A stretch of 62,952 nucleotides of DNA, counting the filler, from Octopus bimaculoides (Eukaryota): the NCBI RefSeq assembly GCF_001194135.2. It is 4 parts of 4 records of this genome, joined end to end, with 100 filler letters (N's around TTAATTAATTAA, not from the genome) between each part and the next. Parts side by side here need not be neighbours in the genome. Positions count along the whole stretch, not along the records: positions 1 to 21,297 come from NC_068983.1; positions 21,398 to 45,893 come from NC_068982.1; 2 more parts are not named here. One strand, written 5' to 3'. Each line of letters begins with the position of its first letter. Within the stretch, counting starts at the first letter, position 1. The translations under genes and the position numbers were made by a program. This document shows positions 13,030 through 23,509 of the stretch, piece after piece. Below the pieces are notes generated by a model that saw nothing but the letters and a program-made list of their open reading frames with translations, had not been told where the DNA came from and did no database searches.

Positions 13030-13500
13030 GTATCTAGCTGACAGAGTGCCAAGTGGGCTGGTTTGAAGACCTAATTTGATATGAAATAATGACTTCAAGA
13101 CAGTGGCATATATGAAGGAACCGACAGCTTACTGCTACTGGCATGACACCTAGCACCCTGGACATTCTGCTTTTCATAGGGACATTTTCTTGAAGGCTAA
13201 GTACAGGTGGTTGGAGTTGATGTATCTTCATCATTTCAAAGAAGTTCTTGACACAGGTTTTTTTCATCATTGTGACTTCATGATTAGCCTTATCAGTCAT
13301 AAGAGAAGTTATTAATGAGAAAGATGGGGAGACATCACCATTTGTCAAGAAGGACTTCTCCTAAAGAATGGAGAGTTACATATCAGCCATCAAACACATT
13401 GAATTAGAACCAGAGTCTAGTTTCAGTGCCAAGACTGACCCAAACAACTGGGGTCTTTTATTTGAGAATGACACTGACTTGTCCAGAACCATAGGAAAAT
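13030..13500 (-). mobile_element. Degraded LINE fragment (endonuclease-RT linker, probably L2/Crack-like), opposite orientation to 11760-12550
   Basis: TDKANH / NSSL..DDEDT / RMSRVL segments resemble DKANLF...NSTLDD...VRRVL linkers. Many frameshifts. Confidence 0.35.
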
Positions 13501-13853
13501 GTTAACTCAGTACAATCATCAGATGAAACCTTAATTATAAAGTTACCCACTTTTATAATAAGACAGACTGACCAGTAAGTTAAATATCTTAGACATGAGA
13601 AAGAATGCAGCACCTGTGGCATAATGCAAACTATTAACTTATTGGTCTATAGTTTGATACCATCAACTTGAGTAATTGTGATTCTTCTATAGAAAATAGA
13701 AAAAAGATCTTTGCTTTGAAGGAAAGCAGCTTACACTGTTCAAGTCACTTAGTATTCTAGTTTATTGACTGTTAATATTGGGAATATACAATCATGAAAT
13801 AATAAAAGTAAATAAAAAATTAAACTTTGAGTCAAGAAATTAAAAATACAAAC

Positions 13854-13948
13854 TGTTTAAATTGAGTAAATTCACTTGATTCACTGAAATGAGGCGCTGA
13901 TTTTATTTTCTTGGTATACTTATTCAGCATAATGTCTCGAAATGAAGT
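13854..13948 (-). CDS. CCDC162: CCDC162-like exon: TSFRDIMLNKYTKKIKSAPHFSESSEFTQFK
   Basis: Acceptor ctacttcttAG, donor CA|GTTTGT (weak but phase-compatible), 95 nt. Continues FIK|TSFRDIMLN like the recalled EK-T-x-RD-x-MLN motif. Confidence 0.7.
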
Positions 13949-15029
13949 CTAAGAAGTAGACAAGAAGCAAAATGATCACAAAAGTGATATATTGGTGAGT
14001 GAGTAGAGCTTTAAAATAAATGCAACAGAAATAGAATGGATAACATTAATAAACTGAAACCAATTCAAGAATTATCTGTACATTTAGAATCTTCAAAGCA
14101 TATGAAATTACACAGAGAAAATATTGTATAGCTTGAGAAAGATTATTAGAAAATTTTGTCAGTAACAATAATTTGAAGCTTTAGATTCAACTACCTAGTT
14201 ATTCATAAATGGTAATAAAAAAAACCACAACATTAATTTTAATTAATAATCATACTTTGCCATAAATATACTTTCTAATAGTGATTTATGCTTAATTCTT
14301 ATTGTGAGATACTCAAAATACAGAAGATATAGAATCAAAACAGAAACATTGAAAACTTCTTGTTTAAAGTTGTGGATTGGTAAAGATGCCATTTATTACT
14401 GGATTTACAGACAAGCTCTCAAACTTTATAAAGTCATTATTAATATGTAATGAAGATACACAATATGCACATGTAATTAGAGAAATGACTAGAAAATTGG
14501 AGGAACTTAGTTTATATACTAATAGAGGACAAACACTAACTTCTAAAATTATAACAATTTCTATATTTTAAAATCATACAAACTATATAATATAAAATAT
14601 ATTCAATTTTATTGTAATAATCAAAAATATATAAGTTGGTAAAAATCAAAGCATCCTTTTGATATTCCTTTATAACTGTCTCTTAAATAAGTTTCTTAAT
14701 CAAAATTGTCATAAAATAATAATCTAAACAAAATATATTCAGTTGTGTTTGAATACAGATAACAACTGGGTGAAGAAAAGTGAAGAAATTTGTCAAAGAC
14801 TGTGACATCTGAGACTCAAAATATAAGAGAAAATACTTCATCAATGATCCAATATCCAAAATAATGAAAAAAGCTTTCATGTTTTAAAAATGATTAAAGA
14901 AAACTTTCCAAGACAGAAGTTTTCAAAATTTTAATATTTGTTGGCTTTCCTCAATTTTTAAAAAGGTTTTTGACAAGATATCTAAAACATTAGACATGTA
15001 CAAAGCAATATGGAACAAAAAAATGTTAC

Positions 15030-15147
15030 CTTGATAAACTGGACAGAGATAAATGATTCAGGAAAGACAGTTTTCTGAGTAGTAACATTAGTTTTGGATT
15101 CACTCAGTTTACTAGTCTTCTCACTGGGTTGCAATAGATTCCTTTGA
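15030..15147 (-). CDS. CCDC162: CCDC162-like exon: QRNLLQPSEKTSKLSESKTNVTTQKTVFPESFISVQFIK
   Basis: Acceptor ttcccttAG, donor AAG|GTAACA, 118 nt. FPESFISVQFIK resembles the FLSIQLEK-type motif I recall from CCDC162 proteins. Confidence 0.75.
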
Positions 15148-15289
15148 CTAAGGGAATAGTACAGTAAGTTACAATATAATAATACAATAATACATGACAA
15201 ATTAACAAATATGATAATACATGAATAGAACATTTAATTTAGATACAACTGAAGTAAAGGGAAAATACAAAAACAATATATTATTAATG

Positions 15290-15460
15290 TAGGAGAATGT
15301 ACGAAAAAAAAAACAACAACAGACGAGGACAGGTGGTGTAAACAACAAAAGGATGTATTAGTTTGATGCTCGGGAATACAGAAAGTCTTTAATGTTTCGA
15401 GCTACGCTCTTCAACAGAAAGAATATGGAGAAAACAAGGAGAAAAACACGGAGAAAAAAA
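15290..15460 (-). mobile_element. Penelope-like terminal fragment carrying a hammerhead-like motif
   Basis: Minus strand TCTTT-CTGTTGA-A-GAGC-GTA-GCTC-GAAAC-ATT-AAAGA at 15386-15422. Confidence 0.5.
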
Positions 15461-16149
15461 ATTGAATGGTCTGGTCAACGATCTATCATGGCAATGGAAA
15501 TATGTATCCTATAGGAATAAAATGCTGAATTTTTTTTTTGCTTTAATTGTAATTGAAACTGTTAAATAAAGTGTACGTATGATATAGATATAAAGTATGT
15601 ATTAGATAACAAATTATGGTATTTAAAAGGTCATACAAAGTTTTGAAGCAAAATTTTGTTGCTTAACTATTTAACTAAACTAGGGCAGATGTTGGTTTTG
15701 TAGAATTGGTTTTTGTAGAATTATAAAATTACAATAGGCAATTGTTTCAGAATCTACATCTATGACATCAGTGTAGATCCTGAAAAAAACCCCCAAAAAC
15801 AAACAACTATAATCTCTGCTAGATCCATCAACAATTTTATTATCAATAATCACAAAACCTTTCATTACTATGGCCTTTCAATGTCTTTGAGATGAAACAT
15901 TTACTAAACTATGACACAAACATAAACACTTGCAATATAAGAGTCAGAGGTATATCAGAACTATTCCTTCCCAGAAGCCAGAGTATCTGTAACATTAGAA
16001 CTGCTATATATCATGAAATAGCCATAATAAAGCCACTAACATCAATGCCAATAGCTACATGCATGATAGAAAGCAGAATTCCTTTCATCCAATTTTCACG
16101 TCTTAAACATGTTTAAATTGAAAATAATTAGAAATCCTATATATATATA

Positions 16150-16312
16150 GGTGCAGGTATGACTATATGGTAAGAAGTTTGCTTCCCAACCACATGGCTC
16201 TGGGTTCAGTCCCACTGCATGGCACCTAGGCAAAGTTTTCTACTGTAGCCTTGGGCTGATCAAAGCCATGTAAGTGGATTTAGTAGGTGGAAATTGAAAG
16301 AAGCCCATCGTA
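16150..16312 (+). mobile_element. Head/core half of the bipartite tRNA-SINE (CpG-depleted copy); others at 10055-10150(-), 57060-57205(+), 58072-58232(+)
   Basis: ggtgcagg.gtgactatatggtaagaag.ttgcttcccaaccacatgg...gggttcagtcccactgc.tggcacc aligns with 33136-33300. Confidence 0.8.
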
Positions 16313-16356
16313 CATATTTTATATATTTATATGTATAAAAGAGAGATTCTGTCCAT

Positions 16357-18065
16357 TTGTGTGTTTGTTTGTCCCATAAAGTGAAAGTAAATGGATCAAG
16401 GGAGGCAACACTAATTGTGCACAAACTTATGACAAACTGCATTGAGGCAAATATTCTCACTTGTTGTGGTAAACGTGACACTGTCTTCTTTTCTCACATA
16501 CCAGTTATACCATCTAATGTCCTCTTCAAATTTAACCCCTTACAGTTTCCTATCCCACTTTCTTTTGCTTTGAGCATTAATAAAAGTCAGGGTCAAACAC
16601 TAAAAGTTGCTGGATTGCAGCTTGAACAACAAACAGAAGTTTGTAGATGAAATCCATTTTTTTCTACTTCAATTATTACATATTTTTTTCTTATATAATA
16701 TACACATACAAGACGAGTAAACCTAAATCCAACTAACAGGAGACAGCATTTGTAATTTCAATGGACTATTACTTACTGTTGCTTTGCCTTCCATTCCTGT
16801 AATATAGCATCGGAATTTCAGCACTAACATTGACAGGACACAGCATTTTTAATTTCATTTAATTATTACATACTGATATTCCTAATCAAAAAAATATCTC
16901 CTAAAAAAGGACCATCAAAAAACGAACACCAAACAAATGCATGATGTGCAGCAGAAAATGAAGATGAGACACGTGCAAACTTTAATCTGTAGTCGTAGTC
17001 TCACCCTGGTTCAGATTCAAAACTGAATCTTTCAATTCTTCTTGGGTATATGACCTATTCAAATGTCAAAAGCAACCATGACAAATGGGTCTTCCACATC
17101 CCCTGTGGCCTTCTCAGTGCCATTGCACAGTCAACTGGATTCCCTAAAGCTATTCTTCTATATGATACAGCTATTCTTGTAGCTTCATTCATGATATACC
17201 GCCTATCCAAATGTCAGAAGGAACAGTGACAAATGGATATTTCACTTAACCTGTAGCCTTTTTAGTGCCATCACAGTCACCTGGATTCTGTAAATTTGTT
17301 CTTCTATATGATATATCCATTTTTCTAGCTTCTCGGTTCTGATATGAGCATTAATAAAAGTCAGGATCAAACACTAAAAGTTGCTGGATTGCAACTTGAA
17401 CAACAAACAGAAGTTCATAGATGAAATCCATCTTTTTACTACTTCAATTATTACATGTTTTCTCTTATATAATACACACATACAGGACGAGTAAACTTAA
17501 ATCCAACTAACAGGAGACAGCATTTGTAATTTCATTGGACTATTACTTACTGTTGCTTTGCCTTCCATTCATGTAATATAGCATTGGAATTTCAGCACTA
17601 ACACTGACAGGACACAGCATTTGTAATTTCATTTCACTATTACTTACTGATATTCCTAATCAAAAAAATGTCTGCTAAAACTAGACTGTCAAAAAACAAA
17701 CACCAAACAAACGCATGACGTGCAATGCTTTTTCTATATCTCCTAATTATGCAATGGTAAAACACTAATTGTGCACTGACACAACATTTGCAATTTCATT
17801 TCACTATAACTTACTGATATTCCTAATCAAAAAAATTAGCATTAATAAAAGACTGTCAAAAAACAAACACCAAACAAACGCACGACACGTAATGCTTTTT
17901 CTATATGAACAGTGATGTTCCACTTGACCTGCAGCCTTTTCAGTGCCATGGAAGTCAACTGAATTCTGTAAAGCTATTCTTCTATATGATATACCCATTT
18001 TTCTAGCTTCTCGGCTCAAGAAACAGTAAAAGTAATTACCCGAGCAACAATGGGTATTACTACTA

Positions 18066-18066
<1 letters not shown>
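16357..18066 (+). mobile_element. Helitron 3' remnant: PIF1-helicase fragment, internal tandem duplication and 3' hairpin + CTAG end
   Basis: ORF 16357-16650 has LQFPIPLSFALSINKSQGQTLKVAGLQL (PIF1 motif TINKSQGQT). There is a ~774 bp duplication (16571 vs 17345). The 3' end is acccgagcaacaatgggt...CTAG|T at 18063-18067. Confidence 0.75.
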
Positions 18067-18105
<39 letters not shown>

Positions 18106-18124
18106 ATGCACACTTTTATGTTTG

Positions 18125-18320
18125 TGTTTATCTCCTACCACTGCTTGACAACTGGTAGTGATGTGTTTACATCCCTGTAACTTAGCAATTCAGGGAAAGA
18201 AACCAATAGAATACCAAGCTTTAAAAAAAAGTACAGGGATTGATTTGTTCAACTAAAATTCTTCAAGGCAGTGCCCCAGCATGACCACAGAATAATAACT
18301 GAAACAAGTAAAAGATAAAA
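18125..18320 (+). mobile_element. Tail half of the bipartite SINE (CpG-depleted copy); others at 28120-28260(-), 32040-32200(-), 59615-59800(+)
   Basis: cttgacaac.g.tg.tggtgtgtttac.tccc.gtaacttagc...ggc.gtgc.ccagcatg.cc.cag...actgaaacaagtaaaaga aligns with 33380-33561. Confidence 0.8.
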
Positions 18321-19218
18321 GATAGATAATTGGAAGATGCACAACTATGTAAACTTGAAGAGTAGTTTGATTTAGATTTGTATTAAAACTAACACATTGT
18401 GACAATAGATCAATACAGTAAAAGAAAAATCAGAAAAATATAAACATGATCCAATTGGTTCAATCTTTAAAATGAGGTACATTGAGTCATACACACAAAC
18501 TACCCTTTGTATAAAGATATTCTAAGAATTCTTCTCAGTACAAGTGAAATACATAGCTATTTAGAAATATCACTGAAAAAAGGGCACAGGAATTGTATAC
18601 ATACATTTTTGCAGGCAACATGACTTTAGTCAATGATATTTTCAGACACAGTAAAAGTTTTTACTTGCTTTATATGTCTTAAAGTATCACTGGAATAGTT
18701 TTCTTTATAAGCTACCAATAGAAATTTCACTGTAGCCAATGCAATTATTCCTGATATAAGATATATGCATAAACATATAGCATCATCATATAACATAAAA
18801 CACAACTGAAAAAAAGTACCAATCCTTGTTTTTGTGTCTATCATGTGCATCTTTTGGTATAGGGTTTATGGCTGAATCTCAACCACTTTACAACATAGAC
18901 TGGGTGCATTTTCTCATGCTATTGGCTCTAAAATGGTTATCTGTGGTAGGCCTAAAACACCATTTCTATCCTGAATAAATTTCAACTTAGTTTTACTGTT
19001 CTCCAAGACTGGTTGTTTTGGCTACAGCATGTGGATTCCACATATTTTCTATATATTCACACAAATAAATGTCAGTCTCTTGGAGTATAGAAAATTGCTA
19101 AATTGATCCATTTTTCCCTTAAAAGTAACATATATGGGAATGTGAAAAGTGCTGTAAAAAAAGATTATAAGTTGAAGAAGTGTTTGAGATACAGCAGTGA
19201 GAAGAATGAATTACTCAC

Positions 19219-19352
19219 TCAGATTTTTCCTGAATGGAAGTTAAATCGTTACAATTGGAAACTTGCAGAATTGAAGCAACCATAGCATGTAGATGACAAA
19301 GTTGACACTTTAAAACCAGCTGCATTTTCTTTAATCCCTCGTCAGTTAGTAG
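19219..19352 (-). CDS. CCDC162: CCDC162-like gene, most 5' exon found (internal exon, phase 0 in, phase 2 out): LLTDEGLKKMQLVLKCQLCHLHAMVASILQVSNCNDLTSIQEKS
   Basis: Acceptor ttttattAG, donor GA|GTGAGT, 134 nt open frame. Phase-compatible with the exon at 15030-15147. Homology of this exon is only weakly recognisable. Confidence 0.6.
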
Positions 19353-19699
19353 CTAATAAAAACGTATACATTGATATATAAACTTTAAAAAGCCATGGCG
19401 AAGCAGCTGAGAATAAATTACAAATAAGAATACAGATCCAATTTTACCTTAAGACATTTAATTATCTTGATTATTTCAAGTAGAAATGACCTTAGTCAAA
19501 GAGTGGAGAAGATAGAAGAGATGTCTTAGCTTGTCAGAGATCTGTGTCTGAATGGTAGGGTAAAAATGACATATGTGTGAACTTTAAGAGTTATTGGGGT
19601 TATATTTTATGTTGCATAGGGTTTGCAGAGTTCTTTGTCAATAAGTCAAGAAACCATGCCTGTGTGAAGTGCAAAGAGAGTACATTTGTATTTTGTGTT

Positions 19700-20030
19700 G
19701 TAGGGGAAGGACCAGTGAGAGTGGCTAGTTTAGCCTATGTGATTTGTACAAGTCCTGTTAGCTATTGATGGTGGGTTGGATGAGGTTTGCCTCCTTAATC
19801 CACCATTTTGCAGCATTTCAATTTGAGGCTCTGATAGTAACAGTAATGCTGGCTCTAGTATTTATCCAAGTAATTTTTTAATTGACAGGTCTGTGTGTCG
19901 ATATGTTCTTTCATTTAGATGTGCAGGTGCTAGATATTGCTGCCTTATCATGATAACCTGGCATACATCACCTACAATACAACACCTTCATTTCCTGGAC
20001 TTTAGGGAACTCAAGTCAGTTGACTAGACA
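19700..20030 (-). mobile_element. Probable Penelope-like GIY-YIG endonuclease remnant
   Basis: Broken minus frames give VLYC..C, HLNERTYRH and TIRASN...IKEANLIQPTINS, resembling the PLE GIY-YIG C-terminus. Confidence 0.4.
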
Positions 20031-20449
20031 AACTCCATGGAATTGAACAGCTGGACACAGCCACTTGGACACTAGTAGTTAGGCACAGTTGACTGAATAC
20101 TGTGCCCATTTTGGTAATGGCTTTTATAGCGCCAGTACTTTTTAGTACAACTGCTACAAATGTGTCCCCTTTTCACATATGCAAATAGAAATAAAACACA
20201 TACACATATACACAAATGAAGGAATATGCCCATACACTTAAGCACAGAGAGCAAGAAAATGAGAGAAACATTAACTAACCTCAGCTACTCCAAACATGTT
20301 CTCTCTTCACGTACACATTAGAGAAAAAACACATACATACAAATAGAGAAATATGCCCACACACATAAGCAGAGAAAGAGAGAGAGAGAAAAAGAGAGAG
20401 AGAAAGCAAGAAAAACTGTTACAAATGCATCTCCTCTTCACATAAGCAT

Positions 20450-21297
20450 TGTGGTGTGATGGAGGAAGAAGACAACAAGAAGCAAAAGGACAGAATGAAG
20501 CGTTGGACCTTACCTTGCCGACCGCAGCGGGGTACACGATCGCTCCTAATCAGAACACGTCTTTCTTGTAACGTCGCTGTTTTCTCACTGGCCCCACATG
20601 CTAGCCTTCGACCGCGTGTCGCCGACTTCCGATCTGACTCTTCCGATCTGACACTTCCGATCTGACCCTTCCGGTCTGGCCCTTCCAGTCTGGCTTCACC
20701 TCTGTTTGCCTCACCCCTCTCCACCACAACACATAGCTCATCACAGCCCATAACACCACACGCCCCCCCCCCTGATCTATAGATCATTCAACCGGCTCTC
20801 CCACTCACTCCTCGCTCCTGAACTATCTTAATTGGTTTCATAATCAGCCAACCAGGGAGGAGGGTACCGCTCCCTCTGTGGTCGCTGTGCGACCCTGGGA
20901 CTGTACTGTGATGTGTACCGTGCACTTGGGGGTTTTACCCAAACTTCTTCCCCAATCTGCACGAGGGTGTGCTCTTCTTCTCTCCGGAGTCGCATTGATG
21001 CAATACACGGGTGCCTCCACTCGTACCTGAATATTGCCCTGTGTGGCACCGACTCCTCAGCCTGTCCTGACCTGGGCGACATATTGTACCAAAATACGGC
21101 CTCGATTGGTGAAATGTGGCCCCTCTCTGCCATGGTCTTGATGGTACGATGATGCCTTTCCACCACTCCATTTCCACTTGGCCGGTATGCCGCCCTGAAG
21201 AAGCGGCTGACCTGCCACCTGTCAAGCATTTCTTTCAGCACCTCCGAGCGAAATGCAGTGCCATTATCCAGCAGCAGCTCATCCACGGGGCCTCGTT
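20450..21297 (-). mobile_element. Ty3/Gypsy LTR retrotransposon 3' end: integrase core, polypurine tract and 3' LTR (20450-20760)
   Basis: ORF 20828-21286 has LLLDNGTAF...AYRPSGNGVVERHHRTIK and a C-terminal RPQRERYPPPWLADY. The PPT is AGGGGGGGGGCG. The LTR is bounded by TGTGGTGT/ACACCACA inverted termini. The element is truncated by the gap at 21298. Confidence 0.9.
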
Positions 21298-21397
21298 NNN
21301 NNNNNNNNNNNNNNNNNNNNNNNNNNNNNNNNNNNNNNNNNTTAATTAATTAANNNNNNNNNNNNNNNNNNNNNNNNNNNNNNNNNNNNNNNNNNNN
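21298..21397. other. Artificial assembly linker 44N-TTAATTAATTAA-44N (identical at 45894-45993 and 60281-60380)
   Basis: All three have exactly 44 N on each side of the same 12-mer, which puts stop codons in all six frames. Confidence 0.9.
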
Positions 21398-23509
21398 ATA
21401 TATATATATATATATACTTGTGTGTGTGTGTGGTTATATATTTATGCCTATGTATGTTGCAAATCGACCAGGTAATTGGTATCTAACACCAAACCAAATA
21501 AATCCTGTCGACTTCTATATTCCTGCCAATCTGACACTAATAACAAACTAAACGTTGATTTAGATGCAATTAGATGCACGAGCCTTGCGATTCCTTCATC
21601 GTGATAGGTTCGGTTAAATCAAACGAAGAAACACGGTCAGTACATGTAGAAGCAGTTTTATGTGTTCGTTAGAGCCTCTTCATTCGTTAGAGCTGCTCGG
21701 GCCGTGAGACGACAAGATATATCCTCCATTGGCCGCTTTAGCAGTTGCACCCACACACACATATAGATACATATGTGTGTGTGTGTATGTGTTTGAATCA
21801 CAAACGAATATGTGTTACGTAATCACTTTCATTATCTTCCAGCTTTGTATGAAGCAAAGATTCATTGCAGAGAGCCGAGGACTTGTGCGACATTGTCCAC
21901 GGAGATATTCAAATGAAGTTTGTGTGCGTGTGTGTGTGTGTGTAACGCATACATATGCGCTGCATGTGTATGCATGTGCGTGTGTATTATAACATTTGCT
22001 ACAGTATTTATTATACGCCACAATGTTAAGTATTCAAAAGACTGGAGTGTACTGATACGTATTGGCATAATTATGCCATATATCTGTCTGACTCTGGATG
22101 TATGGTATGATATTTTGGGTTATAAATCAGAACAAGGACCCCCATCTAATCCCCTATATTCATATCCAAGAATTCAGGACTTTGTATTTACCTAAGCAAC
22201 CAATATTGCGACATCTATTCCATTTAGAGTGGTAATTTAGCAATGGTAACCTCGATGTGTATTTTCCCCGTTGTATAAACTGTCACTCTCACGATGTTAA
22301 ACCATTACAGTTGTCAATCATATCTCACTGCTGTATATAGTAAGACAATATAAGGCAAAATAAAAGACTAGACTTTAGTCAATTTATCATGTTGAATCGG
22401 TGGAAAGGCGTTGTGTCCATCCACAAATACAGTGCACCAATATTTATATTAGAGCTATTGAAACACTCAATCAATTTATTTGCCGACCGTCTTCTTGAAG
22501 CTCAATCTTACTTTATCACATTTAATATACATGGACAGTTTCATTTGATGTATGGGTTTAAAATATACCATCGTCAAGCATGTTCTGCTTAGATAAGAGG
22601 TTTTTTTTTCGTTTTCTCGGGGAGTGAGGGATGGGAATGAACAAACATAACTGAGACTGGAGGTCGTCTGGCTGAAGTTTCTATTGTAAGTAATTATTTT
22701 TACTTATCTAGCTGTCATGTTCAAATACTTGTTCATTCATGAAAAAATAAGCACTTGATTCCATGCAGTCGTCTATATGATTCTTATTTAAAATTGGCCT
22801 TGCACCTAATCAAGCAAAGTTTCTGTTTGTTCAAAGTTTTCCACGGAGTTTTCAGAAATAACGAAACTTTAAGAAAGTATTTGATATAATTTTTTTTGTT
22901 TGCTATATTGTGTATGCTTTCTTATTTGCTTTTTACTTTTCTGATTTGATTGAGAATCGTTGATCGAATCCAGTTGCATTTTAACTTACGGAAAATGACA
23001 TATTCATTGACAAAATGTTAACACTATGAGTACTCTAACTCCGCTAGTTTTTTGTGGACTATTTAGGGACCCAGGTTTTCGCTCCACCCACCAGGCTTAG
23101 CGATCACATTCTTCAAATATTACAGTGTTTACCATATCGACACAACTGCACATTGTGCTGTAACTGGAGTATTTCCTATACTTTCTTTTCTCTATTTGTA
23201 AAATTTACCCTTACTCTATTTGATATGGTTATACCTTTTTTCCGTACGTTCATTCAGTCTCAACTCATCTCAAATTTTCCAACCCCGTTTATTACAAATT
23301 CAAATTGACAGTGGCACAACTCTACACATTTTACATTGCACCTTTCCATTATGAGAGCATTAGTATTAATTTGAGGTACATTTTACTGCTGTTTCTGACA
23401 TATCAATTGAATCCATGGAGAATCTCTGATTTATAGCTATAGACAGGGGCACAGGTGTGTATGTACTCAGGAAACTACATGCAATTACGCATACCTACAT
23501 TTGTGATGG

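Noticed and set aside
18620-18970. Possible extra CCDC162 exons (GIIALATVKFLL... at ~18665-18750; DRNGVLGLP... near 18970) and one near 15735-15781
   Set aside because: No phase-consistent stop-free splice chain could be built, and 19219 splices in phase directly to 15147. Not excluded without RNA data.
20636-20650. CTCTTCCGATCT, identical to the Illumina adapter 3' end
   Set aside because: It is one unit of a diverging 14-bp tandem array inside the LTR, so coincidence is more likely than contamination. Raw reads would settle it.
21540-21750. CpG-rich segment with a CCAAT motif as a possible CCDC162 first exon or promoter
   Set aside because: Minus-strand ATG frames stop early, there is no good donor, and it lies across an unsized assembly linker.
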